This document shows, piece after piece, positions 9,600 through 20,103 of a stretch of 64,000 nt of DNA. This stretch comes from Spirochaetia bacterium (GTDB lineage Bacteria > Spirochaetota > Spirochaetia > CADAEX01): contig JAZURI010000002.1 in the NCBI GenBank assembly GCA_045606105.1, positions 224,001 through 288,000 on the forward strand. The letters run 5' to 3'. Position 1 is the first letter of the stretch, and each line of letters starts with the position of its first letter. Position numbers and translations under genes: made by a program. Below the pieces are notes generated by a model. The model made no database searches, had not been told where the DNA came from, and was given only the letters and a program-made list of their open reading frames with translations.

Positions 9600-11003
9600 T
9601 TGGAATACAGAACTGAATCGGATTCAATGGGAGAAATCAAGGTTCCCGCAGAAGCATACTGGGGAGCACAGACCCAGAGATCCCTGGAAAACTTCAGGAT
9701 CGGTACTGAAAAGTTCACACCGGAAATAATCAGGGCATTTGCCGTTCTCAAGAAGGGTGCCGCAATGGCAAACCGTGAAACAGGCAAGCTTTCGGATGAA
9801 AAGACAGAGGCCATAGTACAGGCCTGTGACGAAATCATCGCAGGAAAGATGGCAGACCAGTTCCCTCTTGCGGTATGGCAGACAGGAAGCGGTACCCAGA
9901 CCAACATGAACCTGAACGAGGTCATTTCCAACAGGGCCATTGAAATAATGGGGGGAACCAGGGGCTCAAAGAAGCCGGTTCATCCCAATGATGATGTAAA
10001 CATGGCCCAGTCCTCCAACGACACCTTCCCTACAGCCATGCATATCGCCGCCGCTGAGGTTACCGTAAAAAAGCTTATCCCGTCTCTCCGAAGCCTTGCA
10101 GACTGCATCGGAAAAAAAAGCGAGGAGTTCGGCGATATAATCAAGTGCGGAAGAACCCATCTCCAGGATGCGGTTCCACTGACATTGGGACAGGAATTTT
10201 CAGGATATAAGTATCAGCTTGAAACTGCCATGCAGAGAATAAAGGATGCACTGGAGGAGGTATACATCCTGGCCATCGGAGGTACTGCGGTGGGAACAGG
10301 ACTCAACACCTACGAGGGCTTTGCAGCCAGGACCTCTGGGTACATTTCGGAAATGACGGGGCTTCCTTTCAGGGAGAGTCCCAACAAGTTCGCATCCCTG
10401 GCATCCCATGAGCCTATGGCCGCCCTGGGAGGAGCCTTTGCTTCCCTGGCCGCAGCTCTCATGAAGATTGCAAACGACATACGGTGGATGGCATCGGGAC
10501 CAAGATGCGGAATCGGAGAGCTCCTTATCCCCGAAAACGAGCCGGGAAGCTCCATCATGCCGGGAAAGGTAAATCCTACCCAGTGCGAGGCCCTTACCAT
10601 GGTGGCAGTACAGGTAATGGGAAACTGCAATACCGTGAACATTGCCGCATCCCAGGGCAATTTCGAGCTCAATGTATTCAAGCCGGTGATTATCCACAAC
10701 ATACTCCAGTCGGCAAACCTTCTGGCCGATGCCATGGAGAGCTTCGAAAAGCACTGCTTCTCCGGAATCAGAGCCAACAGGAAGCAGATAAAGCAGTATC
10801 TGGACAACTCCCTGATGCTGGTTACCGCACTCAACCGCCATATCGGCTATGAGAATTCGGCCGCCATTGCAAAAAGTGCGTATAAAAGCGGACGGACCCT
10901 GAAGGAATCGGCCATGGAAACAGCCCTTTTCACAGAGGCAGAATTTGACAGGATAGTGGATCCGGCAAAAATGATATCACCATCCAGGCTTGACAAGAAA
11001 TGA
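9600..11003 (+). CDS. fumC: Class II fumarate hydratase
   Basis: [50 protein letters not shown]. Confidence 0.98.
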   Translation: MEYRTESDSMGEIKVPAEAYWGAQTQRSLENFRIGTEKFTPEIIRAFAVLKKGAAMANRETGKLSDEKTEAIVQACDEIIAGKMADQFPLAVWQTGSGTQTNMNLNEVISNRAIEIMGGTRGSKKPVHPNDDVNMAQSSNDTFPTAMHIAAAEVTVKKLIPSLRSLADCIGKKSEEFGDIIKCGRTHLQDAVPLTLGQEFSGYKYQLETAMQRIKDALEEVYILAIGGTAVGTGLNTYEGFAARTSGYISEMTGLPFRESPNKFASLASHEPMAALGGAFASLAAALMKIANDIRWMASGPRCGIGELLIPENEPGSSIMPGKVNPTQCEALTMVAVQVMGNCNTVNIAASQGNFELNVFKPVIIHNILQSANLLADAMESFEKHCFSGIRANRKQIKQYLDNSLMLVTALNRHIGYENSAAIAKSAYKSGRTLKESAMETALFTEAEFDRIVDPAKMISPSRLDKK

Positions 11004-11719
11004 ACATTATCCTTTTCGACAGCCGGGAAAATCTGACTCATCTTCCATACGGGGATATCCGGGAAAAGCATATAAGGGAAATCCTGAAGCTGAAGCCGGG
11101 TGACAGCTTTGAAGGGGGCGTCATCAACAGCAGCTATGTGAGGTTCACCGTCAGGGAGATAAATCAGGAGGGAATCCTTCTAGAGCCTGAAATACTGGAC
11201 CGCCCGGTAAAGCCCGAATATCCGATCTCAGTCTTCTCTTCCATAATCCGTCCCATTGATGCAAAACGGATTTTCAGGAACCTTTCCGTGGTAGGGGCCG
11301 AAAAGATATTCATGGGAAAAACCGACAAGACCGAAAAATCCTATTCGGACGGAAAGCTCTGGTCCGAAGAGAAATACTTTCCGCTTCTCCTGGAGGGGGC
11401 TCAGCAGGGCTTTACCCCATATATTCCTGAGGTGGGAATCCATTATTCGCTGGATACTTTCCTTAAAAAAAGGGCCGGTGAATTCGACAATCTCATAGCC
11501 CTGGACAACTACAGGTTCAGCTGTCCAATAAGCAAAGCCGTGCTCAGACCGGGAAAGACACTGATGGCCGTAGGAGGAGAACGGGGCTGGAGCGACCGGG
11601 AAAGAGACCTGCTGGAGGAATACGGATTTACCCTCTGCAGCATGGGAAACCGGATCCTGAGAACAGAACAGGCCTGCCTGTACGGATTTGCGGTACTGGC
11701 CTCAAGATGGTGGAATTAA
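11000..11719 (+). CDS. rsmE: 16S rRNA m3U1498 methyltransferase (RsmE family)
   Basis: [32 protein letters not shown]. Confidence 0.85.
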   Translation: MNIILFDSRENLTHLPYGDIREKHIREILKLKPGDSFEGGVINSSYVRFTVREINQEGILLEPEILDRPVKPEYPISVFSSIIRPIDAKRIFRNLSVVGAEKIFMGKTDKTEKSYSDGKLWSEEKYFPLLLEGAQQGFTPYIPEVGIHYSLDTFLKKRAGEFDNLIALDNYRFSCPISKAVLRPGKTLMAVGGERGWSDRERDLLEEYGFTLCSMGNRILRTEQACLYGFAVLASRWWN

Positions 11720-11843
11720 CAAAGTATACTTTTAAAACATATTGATATCATTCACTTAGCAAAGTCTGCTTTTATAATTATTCAACTTTTTGACTGTTTT
11801 TTATTTTGTCTTTTATTGTTTTTTATGATATAATACCCTAATT

Positions 11844-13265
11844 ATGATTAATGCTATGGATACTCTTCGTCAGGCAATCAATGCTTTCAGTGGTTTTCTT
11901 TACACACCATGGGTTCCTCTTCTGTTGGTAGCAGGAGGATTTTATCTTACATTCAGAACCGGTTTTATTCAGCTCCGTCTTCTGAAGGAATCAATAAAGG
12001 TAGTAACCGAAAAACCAAAGGAAAAAAATTCTGTCTCCTCCTTCGGTGCCCTTATGGTTTCCACAGCAAGCCGTGTAGGTACGGGAAACATCATCGGAGT
12101 TTCATCTGCCATCTGTCTCGGAGGCATAGGTGCTGTTTTCTGGATGTGGTTCATAGCTGTAATCGGCGGTGCTTCAGCCTTTGTTGAATCTACCCTTGCA
12201 CAGATTTATAAAAGAAAAAATCCGGACGGCTCAAGCTACGGCGGCCCTTCATTCTATATGGAAACAGCCCTGAAGCAGAGATGGCTGGGAATTATTTTTG
12301 CAGTCATAATCATTCTGACATATGCTGTAGGATACAATGCCCTGGCCTCCTTTAACCTGCAGTCAACATTTTCAGGCTTTTCATATTATGATGAAAAGAT
12401 GTCACCTGCTATTATAGGCCTGATACTGGCGGTTCTGTTTGCGGCATGTGTTCTGGGAAGCGGAAAAAAGCTGGTAAAGGTAGCCACCGTCCTTGTACCG
12501 GCCATGGGTGTCATTTATATTTCTGTAGCCATTATCATAACAATCATGCATATCGGAAGACTTCCGGCAATGCTTTCAGCCATGATGGCCGATGCCTTTG
12601 ACTTTCAGGCAATCCTGGGAGGTTTCGGAGGTTCATGTCTGGCTTACGGTGTAAAGAGAGGTCTCTACTCCAATGAAGCAGGTATGGGATCTGCCCCTAA
12701 TGCAGCTGCAACAGCAGATGTTTCCCATCCGGTAAAGCAGGGTCTGGTACAGATGCTTTCAGTATTCATCGATACAATCCTTGTATGTTCCGCAACAGCA
12801 TTCATGTGTCTGCTCTCCGATGTAGAGCCTGCAGCAGAAATTGCAGGTGCGGTTTATGTACAGAAAGCCCTTTATTCAAACCTGGGAAATATCGGTCCGG
12901 TCTTCATATGTGTCAGCATGTCCCTTTTCGCATTCACTACCCTTATAGGAAACTATTCCTACTGTGAGGGATGTCTCAGCTATATCCTCAAACGGGAGCC
13001 AAGCAATATCACCCGTATTCTTTTCAGGCTGGGAGCAAGCTTCATCGTCTTTGCCGGAGCCATTGTACAGATGGGACTGGTATGGGATACGGCAGATCTT
13101 CTGCAGGCCCTGATGGTAGTAATCAATATTCCGGTCATCGTGATTCTGGGAAATACCGCAGTCAAGGCACTTAAGGACTATATGAATCAGAAGAAAGAAG
13201 GAAAGGATCCTGTTTTTAAGGCAAAAAATATTGAGCTGAAGGAAAAGACCGACTTCTGGAACTGA
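11844..13265 (+). CDS. Alanine/glycine:cation symporter (AGCS family)
   Basis: ASRVGTGNI, GAVFWMW, FVESTLAQIY, RGLYSNEAGMGSAP, HPVKQG, VFIDT; many TM segments. Confidence 0.93.
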   Translation: MINAMDTLRQAINAFSGFLYTPWVPLLLVAGGFYLTFRTGFIQLRLLKESIKVVTEKPKEKNSVSSFGALMVSTASRVGTGNIIGVSSAICLGGIGAVFWMWFIAVIGGASAFVESTLAQIYKRKNPDGSSYGGPSFYMETALKQRWLGIIFAVIIILTYAVGYNALASFNLQSTFSGFSYYDEKMSPAIIGLILAVLFAACVLGSGKKLVKVATVLVPAMGVIYISVAIIITIMHIGRLPAMLSAMMADAFDFQAILGGFGGSCLAYGVKRGLYSNEAGMGSAPNAAATADVSHPVKQGLVQMLSVFIDTILVCSATAFMCLLSDVEPAAEIAGAVYVQKALYSNLGNIGPVFICVSMSLFAFTTLIGNYSYCEGCLSYILKREPSNITRILFRLGASFIVFAGAIVQMGLVWDTADLLQALMVVINIPVIVILGNTAVKALKDYMNQKKEGKDPVFKAKNIELKEKTDFWN

Positions 13266-13276
13266 AACCTGTAATT

Positions 13277-14595
13277 GTGGAAAAACCGACACCAAGTACA
13301 CAGATATTGAAAAAGCTGACAGCATTTTCCGTTCCTTTGATAATGAGCGGATTGCTTCAGCAGCTTTTCAACTGGGTGGATGCCCTGATTGTAGGAAATT
13401 TCATCGGGGAAAAGGCTCTGGCCGGTATCGGTTCCACCACCTCCTTGTATAACCTTTTCATAACTGTTATTGTCGGCTTCACATCAGGACTGACCGTTCT
13501 GTTTGCAAAGCAGTACGGAGCCGGCACACACAGTGACAATGCAGGACTCCTGGCCCGGTTTTCCGTAGCTGTGACAGCTGTATTTACAGTTATAGCCGTA
13601 ACCGGGATGATTTTTCTGGAAGCCGTGCTCAGAATGATGGATACACCGGAGCTGCTGCTCGATTATGCGGAAAGCTATCTTGTCATTGTCCTGGCAGCCA
13701 TCCCTTTTCTTGCCCTTTACAACACCTACTCCGCCGCCCTCAGGGGTATGGGAAACAGTACGGTGCCTTTTATTGCCGTACTGGTATCATCGTTGACAAA
13801 CGGGCTGCTGGATTACATATTTATCGTGTTTTTCGGCATGGGTGTGGAAGGAGCAGCGGCCGCCACCCTTGTTTCAGCAGCGGTAATGACTCTATTTGTT
13901 GTAGCCTACACTGTCATAAAGCATCCGGAAATGAGATTCTCCCCTTTCAGCTGCGGCCGGTACCGGAAATTGTCAGGCATCGGGAGCCGGTACGGAATGC
14001 CCCGGCCGTCCAGGGAAGCATAACCTCTGTAGGAAACCTCTTCCTGCAGAGATTCATGAACAGCTTCGGGGAACAGACAGTGGCAGCAATCACCACGGCA
14101 TACAGAGTCGATTCCATGCTGCTGCTCCCGGTCATCAACTTCAGTACCGCCATATCCACCATGACAGCCCAGGAAACCGGAGCCGGCAACCATGAAAATG
14201 CAAAAAAAATCTTCAGGACCGGAACTGTAATGATGACAGTCATCTCCTTTATCCTGGCGGCAGTTATCCTTCTTGCAGGAAAAACCATGCTGAGAATGTT
14301 CGGTCTGACAGAGGAATCCACAGCTATCGGAGAGAATTTTTTCCGTACCATTGCAGCCTTCTACATTGTTTACGGACTGAGCATGGGCATCAAGGGCTAT
14401 CTGGAAGGAAGATCCGATCTGCTATTTTCGGGAATTGCGGGAATATCGGCCCTGGGTGTCCGCATCATCTGCTCCTACCTCTTTGCCGGAATTTGGGGAA
14501 ACATGGTAATCGCCTATGCGGAAGGAATTTCCTGGGTATTCCTGCTGGCGGTTTTTATCTGCAGATATATAAGGAAAAGAAAAAATGAGCGTTGA
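13277..14595 (+). pseudogene. MATE-family efflux transporter split by a 1-nt frameshift at 14000-14003
   Basis: The ORFs 13277-14023 and 14056-14595 are the two MATE halves. One extra C in the C4 run restores ...GMPPAVQGSITSVGNLFLQRFMNSFG... Confidence 0.85.
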
Positions 14596-14746
14596 TAAAC
14601 ATGATGAATGGTACAGGAAACAAGTTGATGAAGTTATTAAAAGAAGAAATTGATTCTACATTCATATCTTATGATTGTGAATTTACAGAAGCTTCTTCAA
14701 CAAAGATGTGCGTATGAATGAGTTTGCTGCTGATATGAAATCTATT

Positions 14747-16891
14747 TTATAACAGCAGCAGGCCGGCTTCTTCCAAATCCAGCCACAGTTCGTTTTCCAG
14801 AAGATCTTCCCTGTTCTCGGCTATTCCTTCCGGCAGGGAATCCAGCCAATATTCCAGGCTCCTGTGTTCAGCCGCATCTACAGAGCTTTCCTCCAGAAGT
14901 CTGAAAATCCAGTCTGCCAGCTCCTGCGGCAGTTCCTCGTAGGAAATGTCTCCCGTCTTTCCTGCAAAACTGAGGGTTTCATTTTCAAGTACCGGTTTTG
15001 TTCCCAGCCAGATGCATTTTTTCTTCATATCACGCTTTTTTTCAGAGTTAAGGATCGATTTTACATAATTGGGTTTAACCCTGCATTGTATATTGAGCCA
15101 TTGTGTTGCAGGCATTTCCAGGCTGTTTACGAAATTGAAGTTATAGACTGCCGCATTCAGTGCTTCCCCTATCCTGTCCAGCTGCTTAAGAGGAATTGTC
15201 TCCTTATGTCCTATGTCGTAATCGGTAAGCCTGCCCTCTTTTCCGATGATTCCTGTTACACCGAACTTTTCGGGACACCGGTATATCTCGCTGTGTACCG
15301 TAAGTCCGAAGCGGTGAAAAAATACGGAATGTATAATCCTTTTCAGGAACATCTGCCGTACCACCTCCAGGGTCTGGGCAATTTCCTCTGGCTTTTCCCC
15401 CGGAAAACCGTAAATCAGATAACCGTGAACCAATATACCGGCCTCTGCAAACCGGCTTGAAACACGGACTATGTTTTCCACATTTGTCTTCTTGTTCATA
15501 AGCTCCAGAATGCGGTTGCAGCCCGATTCCATTCCTCCGGTAACAGCAATGCATCCGGCATGAGCCATCAAGCGCGGCAGGTCGGAGTCAAAGACCTTGT
15601 CAAACCTGATATTTCCCCACCAGATAATATTAAGGCCTCTTCTTATGATTTCAAGACAGAACTCCCTGAGTACAGATGCAGGCATGGCCTCGTCCACAAA
15701 ATGAAAAGTACGGATTCCTGTCTCCTTCATGAGCTTTTCCACGCTGTCTGCCAGGAAAATCCCGTTTTCAGCCCTGTATTCGGCAATGTAGCTGAGAGCA
15801 GTATCGCAGAAGGTACACCCGTGATGATAGCATCCGTGAGCCATCCTGAGCTTAAGGTAAATACGCTGGGACCAGAGTGAATGCATGGGATTGACAGATT
15901 CCCTGAGGGTGAAATATGAATCCAGGGGCAGCCCGGTATAATCGGGAACAAAAGAGTTTTCATAATCCATGGTATCATTTCCGGAATAACAGATACAGTC
16001 ATCTTCGAGATAAAAGGTTCTGACCAGAGAATCGGCAGTGCATTTTCCCTCCAGATGTTCAGCCAGCTTCATAAGAGGAAGCTCGCCGTCGTCAAGGACA
16101 AAGTAATCCACAAATTCAAAAAGTCTTTTTTCCTTTATATTCCTGAGTCCGGTATTGATGAAACCGCCACCCAGCACAATCTTTATCTGAGGGTTGATGA
16201 TCTTCAATATCTGAGCAGCCTTCAAAGCCATACAGAAGTTTCCCGGAAAGGGAACGGAAATACCTACAAACAGGCACTCTTCAAGATCGGTTTCTCCGAG
16301 ATAACCGGCAAGCCACCGGGTCAGAAGATCCTCCTTCCCCAGAAATGAAGCAATGTCATCGTAGGTCAGGCTGCTGCTTTCGGCTATGGATGCGGCGTAG
16401 CAGGAAAGACCGAAATCGGGAAGAACGGTGTTACGGCAAAGGTCTGTCAGGTCATCAATGAACAGGGATGCAAGATGAACCGCCTCCTCGCTGCTGTCGT
16501 TCCTGAGTTCCAGATTTTCAAGCTCGTCAAAACGGGCCCCTTCAGGCAGATATGTACGGGAAAGGATTCTGTGTGAAAGCTGGGGATATTTTCCCTGAAG
16601 AAAGGATATCACAGGTTCGATGACAGAAATATACTGTTCCTTTTTCACAATAAATGAAGCCAGCGGCTCGGAAAGCTCTATCCTTCCCTCTTCCAGCGCT
16701 TTTTCTATTTCGGCAAACAGTTCCGAAAGTCCGGCCTTTGAAAACAGCTTCAAGGCTGTCCGGATTGACAGATCGTGCTGCTCCGTCCTGAAATTCTCCT
16801 GCTCCAGGGCCCCTTTCAGAAAGGCTGTGGCCGGATACGGAGATGAAAGCTGTACAAACGGTACTGTCATAAGAACGATTTTTTTCTGCAT
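14747..16891 (-). CDS. B12-binding-domain radical SAM protein
   Basis: N-terminal PYPATAFLKG, VGISVPFPGN, cluster motif GCYHHGCTFCD, FHFVDEAM, GMESGC, YLIYGFPGE. Start taken at ATG 16891 after GAAGGA. Confidence 0.85.
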   Translation of the reverse strand: MQKKIVLMTVPFVQLSSPYPATAFLKGALEQENFRTEQHDLSIRTALKLFSKAGLSELFAEIEKALEEGRIELSEPLASFIVKKEQYISVIEPVISFLQGKYPQLSHRILSRTYLPEGARFDELENLELRNDSSEEAVHLASLFIDDLTDLCRNTVLPDFGLSCYAASIAESSSLTYDDIASFLGKEDLLTRWLAGYLGETDLEECLFVGISVPFPGNFCMALKAAQILKIINPQIKIVLGGGFINTGLRNIKEKRLFEFVDYFVLDDGELPLMKLAEHLEGKCTADSLVRTFYLEDDCICYSGNDTMDYENSFVPDYTGLPLDSYFTLRESVNPMHSLWSQRIYLKLRMAHGCYHHGCTFCDTALSYIAEYRAENGIFLADSVEKLMKETGIRTFHFVDEAMPASVLREFCLEIIRRGLNIIWWGNIRFDKVFDSDLPRLMAHAGCIAVTGGMESGCNRILELMNKKTNVENIVRVSSRFAEAGILVHGYLIYGFPGEKPEEIAQTLEVVRQMFLKRIIHSVFFHRFGLTVHSEIYRCPEKFGVTGIIGKEGRLTDYDIGHKETIPLKQLDRIGEALNAAVYNFNFVNSLEMPATQWLNIQCRVKPNYVKSILNSEKKRDMKKKCIWLGTKPVLENETLSFAGKTGDISYEELPQELADWIFRLLEESSVDAAEHRSLEYWLDSLPEGIAENREDLLENELWLDLEEAGLLLL

Positions 16892-16996
16892 CTTTTTTCC
16901 TTCTGCTTTTATTATATCACAACTGCCTCCGGTTTTACAGTACGGCACAAAATTGTTTTTCTTGACTGCAAAAGGAAACGATACTAAAATATAATC

Positions 16997-17281
16997 ATGG
17001 TTAAATTCTTTTGTAGAATTTTTAAAAAAGTAATTGATATTGTCTGTGTTGTGGTATTAATTATCAACACACTGTTCGGTTTTATCTTTTTCGGAAACAG
17101 CGGCAGTGATTTTTACAGCGGATTCAACTTCGGATCAGCTCTTTTCGGCGGAATCTTGAGTTTTGCATTAACTTTCCTGATACTTATGTTCGTAATTCCT
17201 CCGGTAATGATACTTTTCAGCATCGACAGCAGACTGGAAAATATCGAAAAAAAGATGAATATCGGGAAAGAAGATATCTGA
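16997..17281 (+). CDS. Small two-TM membrane protein
   Basis: Two hydrophobic stretches and a charged C-terminus; TTGACT-17-TAAAAT promoter ends 6 nt before the ATG. Confidence 0.75.
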   Translation: MVKFFCRIFKKVIDIVCVVVLIINTLFGFIFFGNSGSDFYSGFNFGSALFGGILSFALTFLILMFVIPPVMILFSIDSRLENIEKKMNIGKEDI

Positions 17282-17293
17282 TCAGGGTAAAAC

Positions 17294-18319
17294 ATGCCAC
17301 TTGAAATAGTACGAAACGACATAACAACGATGAAGGTTGATGCCATTGTCAATGCTGCCAACGAGTCCCTTCTGGGGGGCGGCGGTGTGGATGGCTGCAT
17401 ACACAGAGCCGCAGGGCCGGAGCTTCTTGCAGAGTGCCGGACCCTCGGTGGCTGCAGGACAGGGAATGCAAAAATCACGGGAGGCTACAGGCTTCCGGCA
17501 AAATATGTGATTCATACGGTGGGTCCTGTCTACAGGGACGGATTACATGGGGAAAAGGCTCTTCTTGAATCCTGTTACCGGGAATCCCTTTCCCTGGCCT
17601 TGGAAAACGAATGCAGAACTGTGGCCTTTCCTTTGATTTCTTCTGGTATCTACGGTTATCCCAAGGATCAGGCCCTGAAGGTGGCCATCGATATCATCAG
17701 CAGTTTTCTTCTGGAAAACGATATGACTGTCTACATAGTCATCTTTGACAGGAAAGCCTACAGGATCAGTGAAAAGCTTTTTTCCGACATATCTGAATAC
17801 ATAGACGATAATTATGTAGAAAAACATACAGAACCAAAAGCTGAAAGACTCAGGCGACAGAAACTGAACCTCTTTGAAGCTGACATGATATGTGCAACTG
17901 CAAAGATATGTGAAACTACAAAGATAAGCGGCTTCGAAAACTGTACGGACGAACTCAACCGGCTTCTGAAGCAGACTGACGAAAGTTTCTCACAGATGCT
18001 TCTCAGGAAAATCGATGAAAAAGGTCTTACCGATGCCCAATGCTACAAGAAAGCCAACATAGACCGGAAGCTTTTCTCTAAAATCAGGAGCGACAAGTTT
18101 TATAAGCCCAGCAAGCCTACTGTCATAGCCTTTGCCATAGCGCTGGAGCTTTCCCTTGATGAAACAGAGGATATGCTGAGGAAGGCGGGATTTGCCCTTT
18201 CACACAGCAACAAGTTCGACATCATAATCGAATATTTCATAAACCGGGGCATTTACAACATTTTCGAGATCAATGAGGTGCTTTTTGCCTTTGACCAGAA
18301 TCTTTTGGGAGCAGGATAA
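17294..18319 (+). CDS. Macrodomain (O-acetyl-ADP-ribose deacetylase-like) fused to a C-terminal XRE-like HTH domain
   Basis: [51 protein letters not shown]; C-terminus [14 protein letters not shown]...[14 protein letters not shown]...[14 protein letters not shown]. Confidence 0.9.
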   Translation: MPLEIVRNDITTMKVDAIVNAANESLLGGGGVDGCIHRAAGPELLAECRTLGGCRTGNAKITGGYRLPAKYVIHTVGPVYRDGLHGEKALLESCYRESLSLALENECRTVAFPLISSGIYGYPKDQALKVAIDIISSFLLENDMTVYIVIFDRKAYRISEKLFSDISEYIDDNYVEKHTEPKAERLRRQKLNLFEADMICATAKICETTKISGFENCTDELNRLLKQTDESFSQMLLRKIDEKGLTDAQCYKKANIDRKLFSKIRSDKFYKPSKPTVIAFAIALELSLDETEDMLRKAGFALSHSNKFDIIIEYFINRGIYNIFEINEVLFAFDQNLLGAG

Positions 18320-18320
18320 A

Positions 18321-19076
18321 ATGGGAGTTTACAATATTTATTACAGCCCTACCGGGGGAACAAAAAAAGTTTCGGACATAGTGGCCGGAGCAATGAATAA
18401 AGATGCGGTAATCATCGACCTTCTGAAAAAGGATGACTTCGGCCGGGAATTTGCCGAGAAAGATATCTGTATAATGTCTGCACCTGCATTCGGGGGAAGA
18501 ATTCCTCAGGATATGGCAGAAAAGATAAAGACCTTCAAGGGGAACGGAGCAAATGCGGTTCTTGTGGCCGTATTCGGAAACAGGGCCATTGACGATACGC
18601 TGGCTGAGCTTCAGGATCTGGCTGCCGGTGCGGGCTTCAAGGTAACAGCGGGAATCGAAGCGGTGGCAGAGCACTCCCTTGCAAGGATGTACGGAGCAGG
18701 AAGACCTGATATTGAGGACAGGACCGAGCTTGAGGCATTTGTCGGAAAGATAATGGAAAAATATCAGAACCGGGATTTCAGCTTACCGGAGATTCCTGGA
18801 AAAAGACCATACAAGCAGTTCACGCCGTCACCCATGAAGCCGGTGGTGGATAATAATTGTACCGATTGTAAAAAATGTGCCATGGAATGCCCTGTGGATG
18901 CCATACCTATGGATAATGTGAAAGCTGTGGATGGAGAAAAATGTTTTCTTTGCATGCACTGTGCTGCCGTATGTCCGCAGAAGGCCAGAAATCATTCACC
19001 TGAAATCATGAAGGCCATAGAGGAAAGACTCCGCCCATTCTGTTCCGAAAGAAAACCGAACAGGCTCTACATTTAG
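18321..19076 (+). CDS. Flavodoxin-like domain plus 2x[4Fe-4S] ferredoxin domain protein (EFR1-like)
   Basis: YYSPTGGT flavodoxin loop; CTDCKKCAMECP and CFLCMHCAAVCP. Confidence 0.88.
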   Translation: MGVYNIYYSPTGGTKKVSDIVAGAMNKDAVIIDLLKKDDFGREFAEKDICIMSAPAFGGRIPQDMAEKIKTFKGNGANAVLVAVFGNRAIDDTLAELQDLAAGAGFKVTAGIEAVAEHSLARMYGAGRPDIEDRTELEAFVGKIMEKYQNRDFSLPEIPGKRPYKQFTPSPMKPVVDNNCTDCKKCAMECPVDAIPMDNVKAVDGEKCFLCMHCAAVCPQKARNHSPEIMKAIEERLRPFCSERKPNRLYI

Positions 19077-19084
19077 GATAAATT

Positions 19085-19154
19085 GTCGCATGGCATGCGA
19101 CCAAACCTCTCTTTAAAAATTGTAGGATGAATCATCAGATAAAAAGAGAGGTTT
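19085..19154 (+). promoter_or_regulatory. Palindromic operator, candidate -10 element and RBS-sequestering inverted repeat upstream of the vWA gene
   Basis: GTCGCAT-GGC-ATGCGAC (19085-19101); TAGGAT at 19123-19128; AAACCTCTCTTT (19103-19114) is the exact reverse complement of AAAGAGAGGTTT (19143-19154), which contains the RBS. Confidence 0.65.
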
Positions 19155-19158
19155 AAAA

Positions 19159-19815
19159 ATGAAAAATAATAACGACATTACAGAACTGGTATTCATCCTG
19201 GACAGAAGCGGCTCCATGCAGGGCCTTGAAAAGGATACAATCGGGGGCTTCAATGCCATGATCGAGAAGCAGAAGCAGCAGCATTCAGCCTGTTATGTTT
19301 CCACAATCCTTTTTGACCATGAAAGCAAGGTGATCCACGACAGGGAAAAGATCATGGAAGTATCTCCCATGACAGAGAATGACTACTATGTAGGAGGAAG
19401 CACCGCACTTCTGGATGCAATCGGAGGAGCAATCCATCATATAGGAAAGCTTCATAAGTACTTCGGTGGAGATGCCCCGTCAAAAACCATGTTCATGATT
19501 ACCACGGACGGAATGGAAAATGCAAGCCGCCGTTATGATGCAGCCACCGTAAAGATGATGATTGAAAGACAGAAGGAAAAATACGGATGGGAATTCATCT
19601 TCATCGGAGCAAATATAGATGCGGTGGAAACAGCCGCAGGATTCGGAATTGAAGCCGACAGAGCCGTGAACTACAATGCCGACAAGATCGGAACAAAGAT
19701 ACTGTACGAATCGGTGGCCGAAGTTGTCTGCAGCCTGAGAGCCTCAGCCCCTATCGACAAATCCTGGAAAAAGAACCTGGATGACGACTACAGGAAACGG
19801 GGCAGAAGAAAGTAA
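19159..19815 (+). CDS. Stand-alone vWA domain protein
   Basis: MIDAS motif FILDRSGSM, GSTALLDAIG, ITTDGMENAS. Confidence 0.9.
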   Translation: MKNNNDITELVFILDRSGSMQGLEKDTIGGFNAMIEKQKQQHSACYVSTILFDHESKVIHDREKIMEVSPMTENDYYVGGSTALLDAIGGAIHHIGKLHKYFGGDAPSKTMFMITTDGMENASRRYDAATVKMMIERQKEKYGWEFIFIGANIDAVETAAGFGIEADRAVNYNADKIGTKILYESVAEVVCSLRASAPIDKSWKKNLDDDYRKRGRRK

Positions 19816-19840
19816 GAGCTTAGGAGGATAAAATTATCTG

Positions 19841-19900
19841 ATATATTATGGGAAATATTTTTAACAGCCTCAGCGCTGTTATCCCATAATATATTTTTTT
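19841..19900 (+). terminator. Long hairpin with T-tract after the vWA gene
   Basis: ATATATTATGGGA (19841-19853) pairs with TCCCATAATATAT (19882-19894); inner AACAGC/GCTGTT stem; T7 tract. Confidence 0.6.
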
Positions 19901-20015
19901 GCAGATTTCCATTCTTCGATTGATTTCAAAACGACTGCTTAACAAACTTAAGCTTGATTATCTGAAAAAAGATTAATACTCCCCTCCTCAAAAAACTTTT
20001 CTATAAACTTTTTCA

Positions 20016-20077
20016 GTTAGTTTCAGCTAACCACTTGACATATTTCCGAAAATTTCTTAAAGTTAGTTTAGACTAAC
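20016..20077 (+). promoter_or_regulatory. sigma70 promoter flanked by two GTTAG-N6-CTAAC operators
   Basis: Operators at 20016-20031 and 20062-20077; TTGACA (20035-20040)-17-TAAAGT (20058-20063). Confidence 0.75.
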
Positions 20078-20103
20078 GGATATAGAAAAGAAAAAGGAAA
20101 TAT

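Noticed and set aside
19820-19912. Short ORFs in the vWA-DUF3793 spacer (13 aa plus strand, 30 aa minus strand)
   Set aside because: No properly spaced RBS, and both overlap the terminator hairpin.
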